Origin: Eukaryota sp. TZLM1-RC | Lineage: Eukaryota > Protista > Metamonada: BaSk clade | Length of the DNA stretch: 64,000 nucleotides | Assembly: GCA_040285825.1 (NCBI GenBank) | Contig: JAUPSS010000004.1 | Location: forward strand, 2,336,550 to 2,400,549 | Reading direction: 5' to 3' | In this document: in pieces, positions 1-10,483 of the stretch | How positions within the stretch are numbered: position 1 is the first letter of the stretch | How the letters are laid out: the number at the start of each line of letters is the position of its first letter | Notes under the pieces: generated by a model | Told to the model about the DNA's origin: nothing | Database searches by the model: none | Seen by the model: the letters and a program-made list of their open reading frames with translations, nothing else | Position numbers and translations under genes: made by a program

Positions 1-760
1 CTGCACATCAGTTGTTTCTTTTTCTCCAACTACATGTCTTGCTTTTCGTGTTTTGTGACTATTAATATAGACACGCAATAATTGTGAATTGATGCAACTA
101 CTCAAATGGAAATTGACAGAAATGAGATCTTCCTAATACTGCTGGATTTAAATTGCGTCGCAAAGATTAACAGTGTTCAGACCCACATCCGTAGTAATTT
201 AAAGGAGTAAATGCAATAAATGCTGCAAAAATAACTGAATAATGCTTACAATTCCGTAAAGCGTAATTCCATTTATGATGTGTTTGTTCAAAAATTTGAA
301 CTTTCAGCATTGTTGTATTTATTTTGCGTAAAAAAGGGTCGAACTTAATTTTTGACTCCTGTACCCTTGAATCTTCTTCTGATGTCAAACAGGGCAACCC
401 CTGGCATTTTGCTTTTTTTGTTTGGCTATTCACATTACTATTGAAAGGGCCCGAAAATCTTTTCCTGAATCGAGTATTGTTGTTTAAATGGAGATTTTTC
501 CCCTATCGATTCTTTCAAAAACATTTGTAGGGTTTCTGAATTTAGTGTTAACAAATACAAATAAATTAAATTAGCTTCGAACCCAAACAAATTTCTGTTG
601 ATTGGTAGAGAAATACACAACATATTTTGACGCTAAATGGTGTAGACATGACATTCATTCATTTTGACCAACAAGCTTCAATGTCGGCTTGGTAATTTGG
701 ATGAAATTGATTTGCAGTTGAAAAATTTATTGCTAAGGATCTAATTTTTTGAAAATGAAT
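1..760 (-). mobile_element. Degenerate N-terminal part of a Fanzor family C element (runs off the window start)
   Basis: Near-identical to 26184-26945, which continues on the minus strand into the Fz-C RuvC-I ORF 25620-26099. Assignment of this part is by contiguity only. Confidence 0.5.
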
Positions 761-764
761 GAAA

Positions 765-1520
765 AAGCATTTGTTAAACAACGAATAGAAATAACCGCAC
801 AATTGAAGCTCCACATCCTCAAAACATGTAGCTCCCACATCGAAGCAGTTAATTGCTGAAGATTCGGAAAATTACCAAAATGAGAGTGAATCAAAAATTG
901 GTTTCACCATTCCCTTAAAAATAAAAAAAGACAATCCTGTTTTTGCCAGTAAACACGATTGAAAATTCTTCCAATTCTTACCTTTACAACTACATCAAAA
1001 TCCTCAAGGAAAGCCATAGCAGCCTTACCTTATGATCCGAGCAAAGTAAAAAAACAAAGGGACATAAATTATATTGGACATGAGAATTTTCATTGACAGA
1101 AGAAATTAGTTCCTCGTATTTATTTAGCTATTTAGTATTTTTCGCCTACAAGAAGAGGATTATTGACATCTGAATTAATGAAATGGTCGTTAGAAGAATT
1201 ACAAGGGTCGATGCACGTGGCATCTAAAATGGTAAACCTGCCATTTAAGCCGGAAACAACCAAATTACCTCTTGTCAGACTTATAGAAGCTCTATTGTAG
1301 CGCGTACTATCAATAGTGGGACCATCAAGACTTAATTTTGATAGCAGAGGCTCTAAAAAGGAATCTACTCGATGAGATTTGCACATTACATGAATTTGAT
1401 CCCTGACATTATAAAGTATTTTAATTCTAAATGTAATTAAATGTTTTCAGTTCAAAAGATGAGCAAACAAAAGATGTTTACCACATTTACATGTTAAATG
1501 AGAAGGCAAATTGTTTGGCC
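765..1520 (-). mobile_element. Non-LTR retrotransposon RLE-2, 3' fragment (zinc knuckle + restriction-like endonuclease)
   Basis: ORF 1132-1386 (RGNLVV..ILDATCIDP..GEKY) is homologous to 34180-35109 and 23850-24353. Confidence 0.85.
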
Positions 1521-3134
1521 ATGAGGAACAACAAAAACGTCAATTCAAAAACTTGTTTTTAGTTGATGATAGAGATTTTTTGAGTTCTTTGTTTCATCAT
1601 CCTGAAAATATTTCAGACCTTCTGAATGATGAATTCTTCGATTTATGTGAACAACATGATAGAAGAAATAATGAACTTAGAGACATAATTGAAGGTCTTA
1701 TTGAGCCATTTACTTGTCAAATTGAGAATTTGGTCACTGACGAGAATTTAGTTGATAACATATTTCCAGTGGATATACATTTTCTTGCAGACGCTGTTGA
1801 AAAAGATCCTCAAATATTCATCAAACCAGCAATTGCAATTGCTCAATATATTTCCAGTTGAGAGAGAAAACCTTATCATATTTCTCCTGTTTCAACTACT
1901 GTAGGCCTTGGATATTTTCCTATTGATACAAGAACAATAAGGAGAATTGTTAAACAAACATTAATTGATGATTTATCATCTACACAGACGCTGAAAATGT
2001 CCAATACACTAGCCCAAATTACGAAATTCGAACTATTTCAGCAATTTGACTTATGGTCTAACATTCTCGATTTAAACCAACCAATGTTCAAACAGAAGAG
2101 CTATAAATTCAACAACATTATCCACACAGATGGATTTAATATTGCAGTAGAATTTGTTCGTCGGGATTTACAAGGTTAGAAATGTAAGCCAGACAACAAG
2201 GCCAGTATTTCTGATTTATATATTGCTGATGTTGATGTGATACTTTTCAAGACAAACGAATCATTGTTTGTGATCCTGGAAAACGTGATTTATTGTATTT
2301 TGGGAGTAAAAAGACTGATCAAGAATTAACATGAAACTGAACAGCAAAGAAGTAGTCAGGTGATGAATCAAGACATGAAATTCAAATTGTTGAGAATGAC
2401 TCAGACGTCCTGGTCTTTGAAAAGTAAGATGAATGAACAGCAAAAACGATGGGCGACAAAGTATACTGAGGTAGATGACGACAGGAACCAAATGATAGAA
2501 ACCGCAATGACAATTGAAAATGCAGACACCGAATTATCCTCGTTTGCTGCCAATTCATCAGCTTTTATAGATTTTTCCAACTTTGTGGTTGCCAAACTTC
2601 GGCAAGTTTTTTTGACAATTGACTTTTACAGTCTTCACTTGTGGAGCATTCATAAAATCCAAGCTTTTATTCACAAGCAAAAGACTGAAAGTTGGTTGTT
2701 AAAAAATCTTGTTCAGCAGTTTGGCAATCCAAAAGTCACTTTAATACTAATGGGTAAAAAAGGTTCCAAGAATTTGAAACATCAGAGGCCTACTCGTGGC
2801 ATTGGATGGATTCAATTTCTAAAAAGGAATGGACTTGAAATATTGATGATTAATGAAGCTTTCACTTCAGCAAAATGTCCTGTTTGTTTTGAAAAGGTTG
2901 CTACGTTTTTGAGAGTCGCAAAGCCTAGATTCTATAGAAGAGAAAAGACTCATGTTACTACATGTCATGGTTTATTAGCTTGTAATAGTGAGAGTTGCAA
3001 ACTCAGTAACAAAGGCTCAACAAAGCTTTTCAATAGAAATAAGCTGGCTTGTCTGAATATGTTTGCAATTGCTGAAGCCAGAATGAGTGGTAATGAAAGG
3101 CCTAAGTATCTGTACTTATGGGAATTTCCAATAA
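1521..3134 (+). mobile_element. Fanzor family A copy 1, 5'-truncated pseudogene
   Basis: HTDGFNIAV, RuvC-I IIVCDPGKRDLLY (~2260-2300), INEAFTSAKCPVC, CHGLLACNSESC, FNRNKLACLNM, ERPKYL. Has stops and frameshifts. The 3' end TTATGGGAATTTC is shared with copies 2 and 3. Confidence 0.85.
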
Positions 3135-3164
3135 TCCACATTATTATAAACATTTTCTTCAAGA

Positions 3165-4943
3165 ATGGATCTCCTGGAGCTTCAATCCAGGATCTACAAG
3201 GATCCAGACTCTTATCGACTTGACTTTGAACAGCAACTTTCTGCTTTGGATGCTCATCTAGACATTCTTCGTTTACAGTCTCAATCAGACAACAAGCATC
3301 TATGCAACCTTATCGGATTCCTCTCTCAAACCTCAGGACCTTATCGTGATAGTCTTGCCAAGGATCTTCCCACAAAGCTATTTTCACTCCTCGACAATGC
3401 GTCAATTATGAACTCTGACGTTCGCCTAGCCCTCGTCCGTGCAATCTTTACCATGCGTGCCAAGAGAGTTACCGCCGCAGACCCTATCACCATTTCCAAG
3501 ATTGTTGTACCTTTTCTTTCCTTCCCAGATAAGGCCCTCAGAGCAACCATCGAGTCCTTCTTTATCAGAGATCTCAAGACGGTCCTACGAAAGAAAGACA
3601 AATTAGCCAGGGGGGTTCAACAAGTTTTGCTATCGCCACTCAACAATTGTGATTCACTAGCTTCAACTTATAATGCTCCCTTTTTCAGATCATTAGTAGA
3701 CATAGCCATTCGCTTGTTCAAATCCCACATCTGGAAAGATCAGCCGACTGCCAATGCATTAATGAATGCTACAAGTTGCACATTTTCCAAGGCTAGTGGT
3801 GCGGCCCTTTCGTTCTTCTTGGCAGGTAGTGATGGTGTTGATGACGATGAAGAGGAAGGGGTGGAGAAGCCAAAAGAGCAGTCCTTTGTAAAGCAAACCA
3901 AAAGGAGAAAGCGGCTGCATGAAAAGGCGTTGGTAGAGCATAAGAAAGCCCTGAACAAAGAACCAACTGCACATTCCCTTTATAATCAGGAAGCGATCGA
4001 TTTGATTTATGACCCCTGTGATGCAGGTCGGAAACTAGTAATCATATCACGTGACAAGTCAAAGGGTTTCTCACCAAGACAACGTTTGATGTGTCTACAG
4101 GTAGCTTCGTTGTTATCAAGGCGTCACGAAGTCGATGTTCCTGGATTTTACTCTTGTCTTATCAATTTCATTCAACCATCAACAAATGACGTCACTGTTG
4201 CCCTAGCTGCGGTGTCTCAAGCCGTGCATCAATACAGTGCTGTGGAGAGCGTTTCGCAAGTGGTGAGAGCGATTGCTGATAGGTTTATTTCAGATAGGAA
4301 TAGAGACGAAGAGATTGCTATTGGTATCACTGCTATTAGAGAGCTTACAGTTAGATGTCCCTATGCGATGGATGCGACTCTTTTGAGTGATTTGATTCAG
4401 TATGTGGATAGTAGGGATAAAGGGGTGATAATGGCATCACGGTCTTTAATCCAAAGTTTTAGGGAAGTTGCTCCTGAACTGTTACCTAAAAAAGCCAGAG
4501 GTCGACCCCCAAAAAAGGAAGGTGAAAGTGACCGGGAAACTGATGACGAGTATGATGATTCCAGTAGTGATGAGCATGACGATGTTCCACTTGTTGCGCG
4601 TGAGTTTCTTGAAGAAGGCATGGGAAAATTGGACAGTGGTTCAGATGGCGAGGACCGAGTGAATGATTTATCAATGTTTGACCTTCCAAGAAAAAAACCG
4701 CATTTATCAAAAGAAGAAAGAACTATGCATGCCCATGGTGGGGAGAAATCTTGGTTGTCAAAAACTGCCATCAAAGCTATGAATAAATCAGGAGGTTCAA
4801 CAAATAAAGAAAAACAAAAGAAAAAGAATTATGCAATGGTTAGGAATTCTAATAGTAAACGCAGGCAAAAGTTAGCGGCAGCTGGGTTGAGAAGTAGACA
4901 AAAACATGCATCAGTTCTTAGGACACGTAAACTCAAGAAATAG
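3165..4943 (+). CDS. SDA1: SDA1 / SDAD1 60S ribosome biogenesis and export factor
   Basis: 592-aa ORF. N-terminus LLELQSRIYKDPDSYRLDFEQQ, central ELTVRCPYAM..LLSDL..DKGVIMASRSLIQSFREVAPELL, basic C-terminus with STNKEKQKKKNYAM. Confidence 0.9.
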   Translation: MDLLELQSRIYKDPDSYRLDFEQQLSALDAHLDILRLQSQSDNKHLCNLIGFLSQTSGPYRDSLAKDLPTKLFSLLDNASIMNSDVRLALVRAIFTMRAKRVTAADPITISKIVVPFLSFPDKALRATIESFFIRDLKTVLRKKDKLARGVQQVLLSPLNNCDSLASTYNAPFFRSLVDIAIRLFKSHIWKDQPTANALMNATSCTFSKASGAALSFFLAGSDGVDDDEEEGVEKPKEQSFVKQTKRRKRLHEKALVEHKKALNKEPTAHSLYNQEAIDLIYDPCDAGRKLVIISRDKSKGFSPRQRLMCLQVASLLSRRHEVDVPGFYSCLINFIQPSTNDVTVALAAVSQAVHQYSAVESVSQVVRAIADRFISDRNRDEEIAIGITAIRELTVRCPYAMDATLLSDLIQYVDSRDKGVIMASRSLIQSFREVAPELLPKKARGRPPKKEGESDRETDDEYDDSSSDEHDDVPLVAREFLEEGMGKLDSGSDGEDRVNDLSMFDLPRKKPHLSKEERTMHAHGGEKSWLSKTAIKAMNKSGGSTNKEKQKKKNYAMVRNSNSKRRQKLAAAGLRSRQKHASVLRTRKLKK

Positions 4944-5194
4944 TGCTTGGTTAGTTTTATTTAGTTTTTTAGTAGTCTTTTGTGATTTAAGTAACGTAAG
5001 AATTTTGATTTATTCAAAATATTTCATATTTGAGTAAATAAATGAAAAAAATTTAGACCATAATAAAACCAAATTATGTTTAAAATATTAAATAGACACA
5101 TGCACAAAAGAAGTTGAGGAACTTCCCGAGATTCCGGAATACACATTACTAAGATCAATCTTTGCCAATAACCTATGGTGAGTTTCAGAAATGG

Positions 5195-5494
5195 TCATAC
5201 GTTTAAAAGGAATTGTTGGTGATTCACCACTTGTTCCAGATTTTCTATCCTATCAAGGGCTTCTTCCAGACGTTGTGAGAGCCGTTGGTTCTCAGCTGTC
5301 TGATCTTCAAGAAGCTGCAGTAACTGTTGTTTTTCGTACGAAAGGACAGTGATCTGGGATGATGCTTCAGGATCTTGTGATTGAGATTGTGACGAAGAAT
5401 GAATCCGTGGACTATTTGACAGTGTTGACTGACGAAGCTTGGAGTGAGTCGTCACAACAATGTTGGGGGAAGCATTCTCAATGTTGAGGGTCAT
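5195..5494 (-). CDS. Small coiled-coil protein; possible 28-nt terminal intron 5173-5200
   Basis: 99-aa ORF with heptad pattern. Its stop lies inside GTATGA...CATAG, which resembles the neighbouring mini-introns. Confidence 0.55.
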   Translation of the reverse strand: MTLNIENASPNIVVTTHSKLRQSTLSNSPRIHSSSQSQSQDPEASSQITVLSYEKQQLLQLLEDQTAENQRLSQRLEEALDRIENLEQVVNHQQFLLNV

Positions 5495-5688
5495 TACGAT
5501 CAGCCGAAATGAAGTAGATCGAGACGTTTATTCATATTGTAATTGAAATGGTGTTTGTCTTGCCATGAATTTTTCTTTTGTTAAGAAACATTCCCTTCAC
5601 CCTTAGACTTTATCAGTTCAACTGCTTTTGTTTTGTGTGTCCCAGATAATTTCTCACTCTTACACACAACTCAGCAATTTTCCTCATT

Positions 5689-6578
5689 ATGAAGCTTCAC
5701 CTACGAGGTCTTAACCTGAAACTTTTTCAAGGTACGTTGCCTTGAGTGTGTTAGCTTTCTTTAGATGTACTTCGTAGTTTTCGCAGCTGTTCTTCCATTA
5801 ATCTCCTCTTCTGTGGCACTTTAGATTCCCCAGATGACTCGTTTTCTTTAAAAATAGCCTCAAAAACTGATGCCAGCAATGCATTTAAAACAGTGGCAAC
5901 TCTCTCCCTGGTATGTTTTTCTTTTCTCTCTATTTACTCTAGAAATCGTTATCACAGTCTACCAAAGTTATAGCTCTTAATAACAATGTTATTGGTATTT
6001 CTGTAAAACTTGCAAACTTCCAGGAAGCGTTATCCCACGAAGACGATGATGTCACTTATGATCTCTTACTATCAAAGTCAGCAATGGTTACGAGACCTGC
6101 ACTGTCCATTAAGAGTAGCAAATCCGAAAGAAATGTCCCTGTCTCCGTCTTAGATAGCAATGAAACCAATGATTTGTACAATTTTAATTTATCAAACAAT
6201 TCATTTGCAATGTCATTACAGTGTTCACTATCCGTTTGCATGCATCTTATAGACTTTGTGCAGAAATCTAAACGATGCAAGTTTGAGTCCATTGAAGTCA
6301 AGGCTACTTCTGATGGTACCATGTGTCTTTCCGTCAGCAGTGTAGGGGATCAAATGGACTATACAATCAAAGGACTAGGCGTGGAGAAGGAGGAAGATGA
6401 TGAAGTTGAAGCCTATTTTGATGTCAAGACTTTTGAAATGTTACTCTCCCCTCTTAAGAGCAACCCTCTGTCAACTCTCCTTGTTCTGAGAACAGCTGGA
6501 GATGTTTGTGATGTAGTGGTTCATCTTGAGGGAGGAAAGATTATTTCCAGAGCTAGTCAAAAAGTATTTGGTTCATGA
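5689..6578 (+). CDS. HUS1: HUS1-like 9-1-1 checkpoint clamp subunit, 3 exons (5689-5731, 5765-5910, 5943-6578; 274 aa)
   Basis: Removing GT-AG introns 5732-5764 and 5911-5942 gives one open frame from MKLHL joining ORF 6084-6578. Motifs ALNNNVIGISVKLANFQEAL and PALSI...RNVPVSVL, and the length, fit Hus1. Confidence 0.7.
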
Positions 6579-6733
6579 AGTTTTTTTGGTCTTGTTTGAA
6601 TTTGTACATACTTTTTTAGTTAGTTATGCTTAATTTGATTTAAAAATGTTTTTTCTGTAATGTTTTCTTAAATTGTTTCTTAAATTGTCGCAAATTACAT
6701 GATTTGCATCTATAACTTGCCAAATTTGCATAA

Positions 6734-6762
6734 CAATAAACCCCATTCAATGGGGTTTATTG
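6734..6762. repeat. Perfect palindrome with 14-bp arms
   Basis: CAATAAACCCCATT-C-AATGGGGTTTATTG. Confidence 0.9.
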
Positions 6763-6948
6763 ACACAGCAAAAAAATGCCATCAGATTTGACAATTTTCT
6801 CCCTAGAGAGACAAATGACCAAGTTGTCGACCATCCATGATGTCGATCAACGTGGTAATTGGAGAAGTTGAATCTCATCTATGTTTGAACTATTTGATTT
6901 AAACTGGTAAAAAGGTCACTCTTCTTCATTTTCAATCCCAACAAACCA

Positions 6949-8400
6949 ATGGATACACCCACCACATCCCGTACACCAATCTCAAACCAACAGGAGAATG
7001 CCCGTCGCAAAATATTACAAGAACGGCAGCAATGGCTTTCTGACTTTACAAACAAAATTGAAAAAGACTATCAAGACTTCTCTATCAAATACCACTCTGA
7101 ACTCATGGACGATCGTAAGGAACGTGAACTACAACGACTCCGACAGGCTGAAGAAATGAATCTTGCCATAAAAGAAAAACATCTCTTACTCGTACAGTAC
7201 CACTACCAACGACTCGAAGAAGAACAGAAAGATCTGGAAAAACTACATGAAGACTCCCTTTTCAAATTAAAACTTGAATTGGAAGAAGAATTCAATCAAA
7301 TTAAACGTCATCATGAAACATCTGTCAAACGGATTCAACTCGAAAACGAGGCTCAGATTAAAGAAGCACATAGGGAAGGTGAGCTTGAAATTGAAAAAGT
7401 TCAGGGGTATTATGATTCATTGTGCAGAACAGAGGAAAAGAAGTTGAAAGAAAAACTACGTCAAATAAGAGAAGATGCTCAAAATGTTATAGATCAAGAA
7501 GCAAAAGAACAAGAAAAAAATATTCGAGAAATGAAAAAGAAGAGGGAACGTTTGATAAAGCAGATTGACATTGATGGTGAATTAGAAATTGGTGAAGCTA
7601 AGAAAGCTACTGAAGAAAGAATTTCTAGGGAGAAAGAGATAATCGAGGAGAAGCTGAAGAAATTAGAAGCTGAAGAAAATAATATTAGGGCCAAATTTAC
7701 TGATTTAAAAAAGAAATTTGCTGATGATCTCGAAAGGGAGACTCAACGTAAAGAGAGTCAATGGAATTCAATGGAAAAGTCTTGGGAGGTCAAGATTTCT
7801 ACTTTTGTCAAGGAAAAAGAAGAAGAAATGCAACGGATTTCGGAACAAATGGAAGATCGTCATCACAATTTGATTAGTGAACTTGAAACGAAATTTTCCC
7901 TTGATCTGTCTGACAAAAAAGATGAGCTCGACTCGGATTATAATCATCAATTAGAAAACTACAAAAAAGAAATACAAGAATGGCTAGAAAATTCAAAGAA
8001 ATCATTAGATGAGGAATTCCGGTGTTCTTTACGAGACTATGAATTAAATTTAATGACTGAATTAGAGGCTGAAACAAAAAAATTGAAATCAAAATTCCAA
8101 GGTCAATTGACTGAAAGAAAACTGAGTGCACACCAAGGGTATTTATTGGATGTGTCACAAACGGTGGAAGACCTTAAGAATGCTCTTTCTGATGGTAGAA
8201 ATCGTTCTGAAATGGCATCTGCTATAAAAGATGTTTCTACAATTGATTCAGCACTTCCTATGCCATCTCCAGTTCCTCCACCCTCTAACTGTTCCCCAAG
8301 AGTGCCTTCTGGGTTGAAGTTCCATGGCAAGCTGGAAATTCCAATGAGCCCCAGGAGCAGTCGTTACGGTGGTTCTTTGAAGGATCGAAAGTATTTATAG
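6949..8400 (+). CDS. Long coiled-coil protein, unknown function
   Basis: 483-aa E/K/Q-rich ORF with a Pro/Ser tail. Confidence 0.8.
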   Translation: MDTPTTSRTPISNQQENARRKILQERQQWLSDFTNKIEKDYQDFSIKYHSELMDDRKERELQRLRQAEEMNLAIKEKHLLLVQYHYQRLEEEQKDLEKLHEDSLFKLKLELEEEFNQIKRHHETSVKRIQLENEAQIKEAHREGELEIEKVQGYYDSLCRTEEKKLKEKLRQIREDAQNVIDQEAKEQEKNIREMKKKRERLIKQIDIDGELEIGEAKKATEERISREKEIIEEKLKKLEAEENNIRAKFTDLKKKFADDLERETQRKESQWNSMEKSWEVKISTFVKEKEEEMQRISEQMEDRHHNLISELETKFSLDLSDKKDELDSDYNHQLENYKKEIQEWLENSKKSLDEEFRCSLRDYELNLMTELEAETKKLKSKFQGQLTERKLSAHQGYLLDVSQTVEDLKNALSDGRNRSEMASAIKDVSTIDSALPMPSPVPPPSNCSPRVPSGLKFHGKLEIPMSPRSSRYGGSLKDRKYL

Positions 8401-8590
8401 ATTTGATTTAGTTTGTTTTTGTAAAATACTGTGTATAATAATAATCTTTATTTTTAATAATTCTATTTATCTCACAATTTTTTTAGTTTTCAACTTTTGT
8501 AGCTACAGAAAAACTTCAATGTTAGTCAAAGAAACAAAGAAAAAATTAATTTACGATAAACAAAAATATAACAAAAAAGAAACAAAAATT

Positions 8591-9844
8591 CTATTGAAAA
8601 AAGGACATAATTGAAGCATAGGTACAGTTCACCATCAGAAGCAGACCAACTAAAATTATAAATCTTGCCACCACCCTCTTAAAACCTACGTTTTCCATTC
8701 CTTTTGTACATTTAAGATAAAATAAACCAGGAAAAACACAGGTGATGAAGAAACCAAAAAGAGAACCAGAAACCCTAATTACTTTGGTTACGGATTCCTC
8801 CAAAATTGCAACAGCAACCGAAACACTGATGATACTAGTAGACAACACAGCCTGCCTTCTTCCCGCTTTTTCTGGTGATAAATCTTTAATGAAAACATTC
8901 TGGATCCCATTTCTTAACCCAAAACAAACCAAGGGAAATGATAAGGCTATTGACAAACCCATAATAGCTCTACCAAAAGATGCTGCAATGTCACCGCTTC
9001 CATAGTTATTCAGTATATCATCCTTAGTAGTACTTCTAAATGTGACATAACCAAGAGTGGCTGCCGAGCTATACAATACCAGACAAAGAGTAACAGAAAA
9101 AAAGATGACAGCCCTAAATTTTCGTACTGATCTCTGTTTGAGCTCCTGATACATTTTTGGAATGTTGTAATGAGCAGTAAAAGAGACCCCCATAAGAGGA
9201 AGAGCTGCAAACAACTCAGTGGAAAACTTGAAATATTCGATTTCACCACGTGGCTCATAGATTACAAAAGTGTTGGTGTAAAGCCTATACCCCATCATTA
9301 AAATGAGATAGATTGGACAGAACAGTGACGCAGCTGATGTATAGCGGAGAGCGTCGATGTTGGGAAGTAAGCATAGTGGGAGGAGGATCAGTAAAGCAGT
9401 GGCGATAATGAGCACCCTGCGATCAAAGAACATTCTATGTGCGGTAGCAGGGAGAATAAACTGGCTTAGGGACGGCATAAAGTCTCCGAGGATGACACAA
9501 TAGCTTATGCATGTTCCTGCAGTGTAGCAAACAATAAGACTCTCTACAACAGTGCCAAAGGATTTCCCCAGTGTCTTTTTGGCGATACCTTTATAGCTAT
9601 ACTCATTAGTATGAGCACAGCACTCGGACAGAAAAGAAAAAGAAAATGCAGATATAAGAGCTACCAGAAGAAGCAGAACAAGTCCGCTGATGAGCCCAGC
9701 ATATAGAATAGCATAGGACAATGTAAGGACAGCTGCGCCCGTGATCGCGTTACTGACGTTGGCGACAGATGAAAACACTGATGCGCCTTTAGAGTCGTCT
9801 TCAGGCACAGCATCATAATTGATGAGCAATTGTGACGATGACAT
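8591..9844 (-). CDS. AAAP / SLC38-like amino-acid transporter
   Basis: 417 aa, about 11 hydrophobic helices, SVANVSNAITGAAVLTLSYA, SFTAHYNIPKMYQEL, LGYVTF..DILNNY. Confidence 0.9.
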   Translation of the reverse strand: MSSSQLLINYDAVPEDDSKGASVFSSVANVSNAITGAAVLTLSYAILYAGLISGLVLLLLVALISAFSFSFLSECCAHTNEYSYKGIAKKTLGKSFGTVVESLIVCYTAGTCISYCVILGDFMPSLSQFILPATAHRMFFDRRVLIIATALLILLPLCLLPNIDALRYTSAASLFCPIYLILMMGYRLYTNTFVIYEPRGEIEYFKFSTELFAALPLMGVSFTAHYNIPKMYQELKQRSVRKFRAVIFFSVTLCLVLYSSAATLGYVTFRSTTKDDILNNYGSGDIAASFGRAIMGLSIALSFPLVCFGLRNGIQNVFIKDLSPEKAGRRQAVLSTSIISVSVAVAILEESVTKVIRVSGSLFGFFITCVFPGLFYLKCTKGMENVGFKRVVARFIILVGLLLMVNCTYASIMSFFQ

Positions 9845-9889
9845 ATCTTCCAGGTCGATGTCTAATTTTCACAAGTTCAATACTTACTA

Positions 9890-10231
9890 CTGTGAATTTC
9901 ACTTATCATGCATTCCCCTGTGAAATTCACTCCTGTTTTCAACTTTCTCAATGTCTACTCACATGCTGTAAGAGACATGTAGCATCATTTGACAAAGACA
10001 ATCATGATCTTCATCAATGGGCTACCTCACTTAAATACACCCACTGCTTTCACAAAACAAAGCCTCGCGACTTGATGTATCTAACTGGATCTACCAAATG
10101 CTACTAAGGTATTTGTAGATCGGTCTCAAAAGTTGTTCAAAAAAATCAATAATAAAATAAAAAACTCAAAATAAAATATCAGTTTTTCCAAAGTTTTTGT
10201 TGCTGTATGCTCAGATTCCCCATTCATCTCC
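9890..10231 (-). ncRNA. Putative omegaRNA region of Fanzor C
   Basis: Non-coding 3' segment conserved with ~56716-57030. Its position downstream of the ORF matches Fanzor/TnpB omegaRNAs; boundaries are uncertain. Confidence 0.55.
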
Positions 10232-10483
10232 TCAACAGAGCTTCTTGGCAAATGTATCTTCTGGCCACAATTCCGCTTTCTTCTTAATTTGAATAATTTT
10301 TGCAGCGGAAATATCTCTGTCATATACTATTTGACACTCAGTACAAATACGCATGTGCCATGAGCCTGTTTGAATATTCTCGGCTATGCAACAACTTGAC
10401 AGTTTTCTTGTATTAAATTCACCGGTAGACAAGTGCTTCACGTCCTTTTGATAACACAACCATTTTCTGAAACCCCTTGCTGA

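Larger units (their letters stand above)
1..2674 (+). repeat. Segmental duplication copy 1 (partner 26184-28854)
   Basis: Essentially identical to 26184-28854; the differences I see are homopolymer-length changes. Confidence 0.95.

Noticed and set aside
1521-2360. Stop-codon reassignment explaining broken TE ORFs
   Set aside because: Host genes are open in the standard code and end in TAA, TAG or TGA, and the TE lesions include frameshifts.
3120-3129. GGGAATTTCC looks like an NF-kB site (also ~53064)
   Set aside because: It is the Fanzor-A terminal palindrome, and nothing suggests a Rel factor in this organism.
6734-6810. Helitron 3' end (hairpin + CTAG)
   Set aside because: The CTAG is ~40 nt from the hairpin and no Rep/helicase sequence is seen.
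9890-9930. CRISPR-like repeat-spacer-repeat
   Set aside because: Only two 13-nt repeats in eukaryotic DNA with no cas genes; treated as a doubled element end instead.
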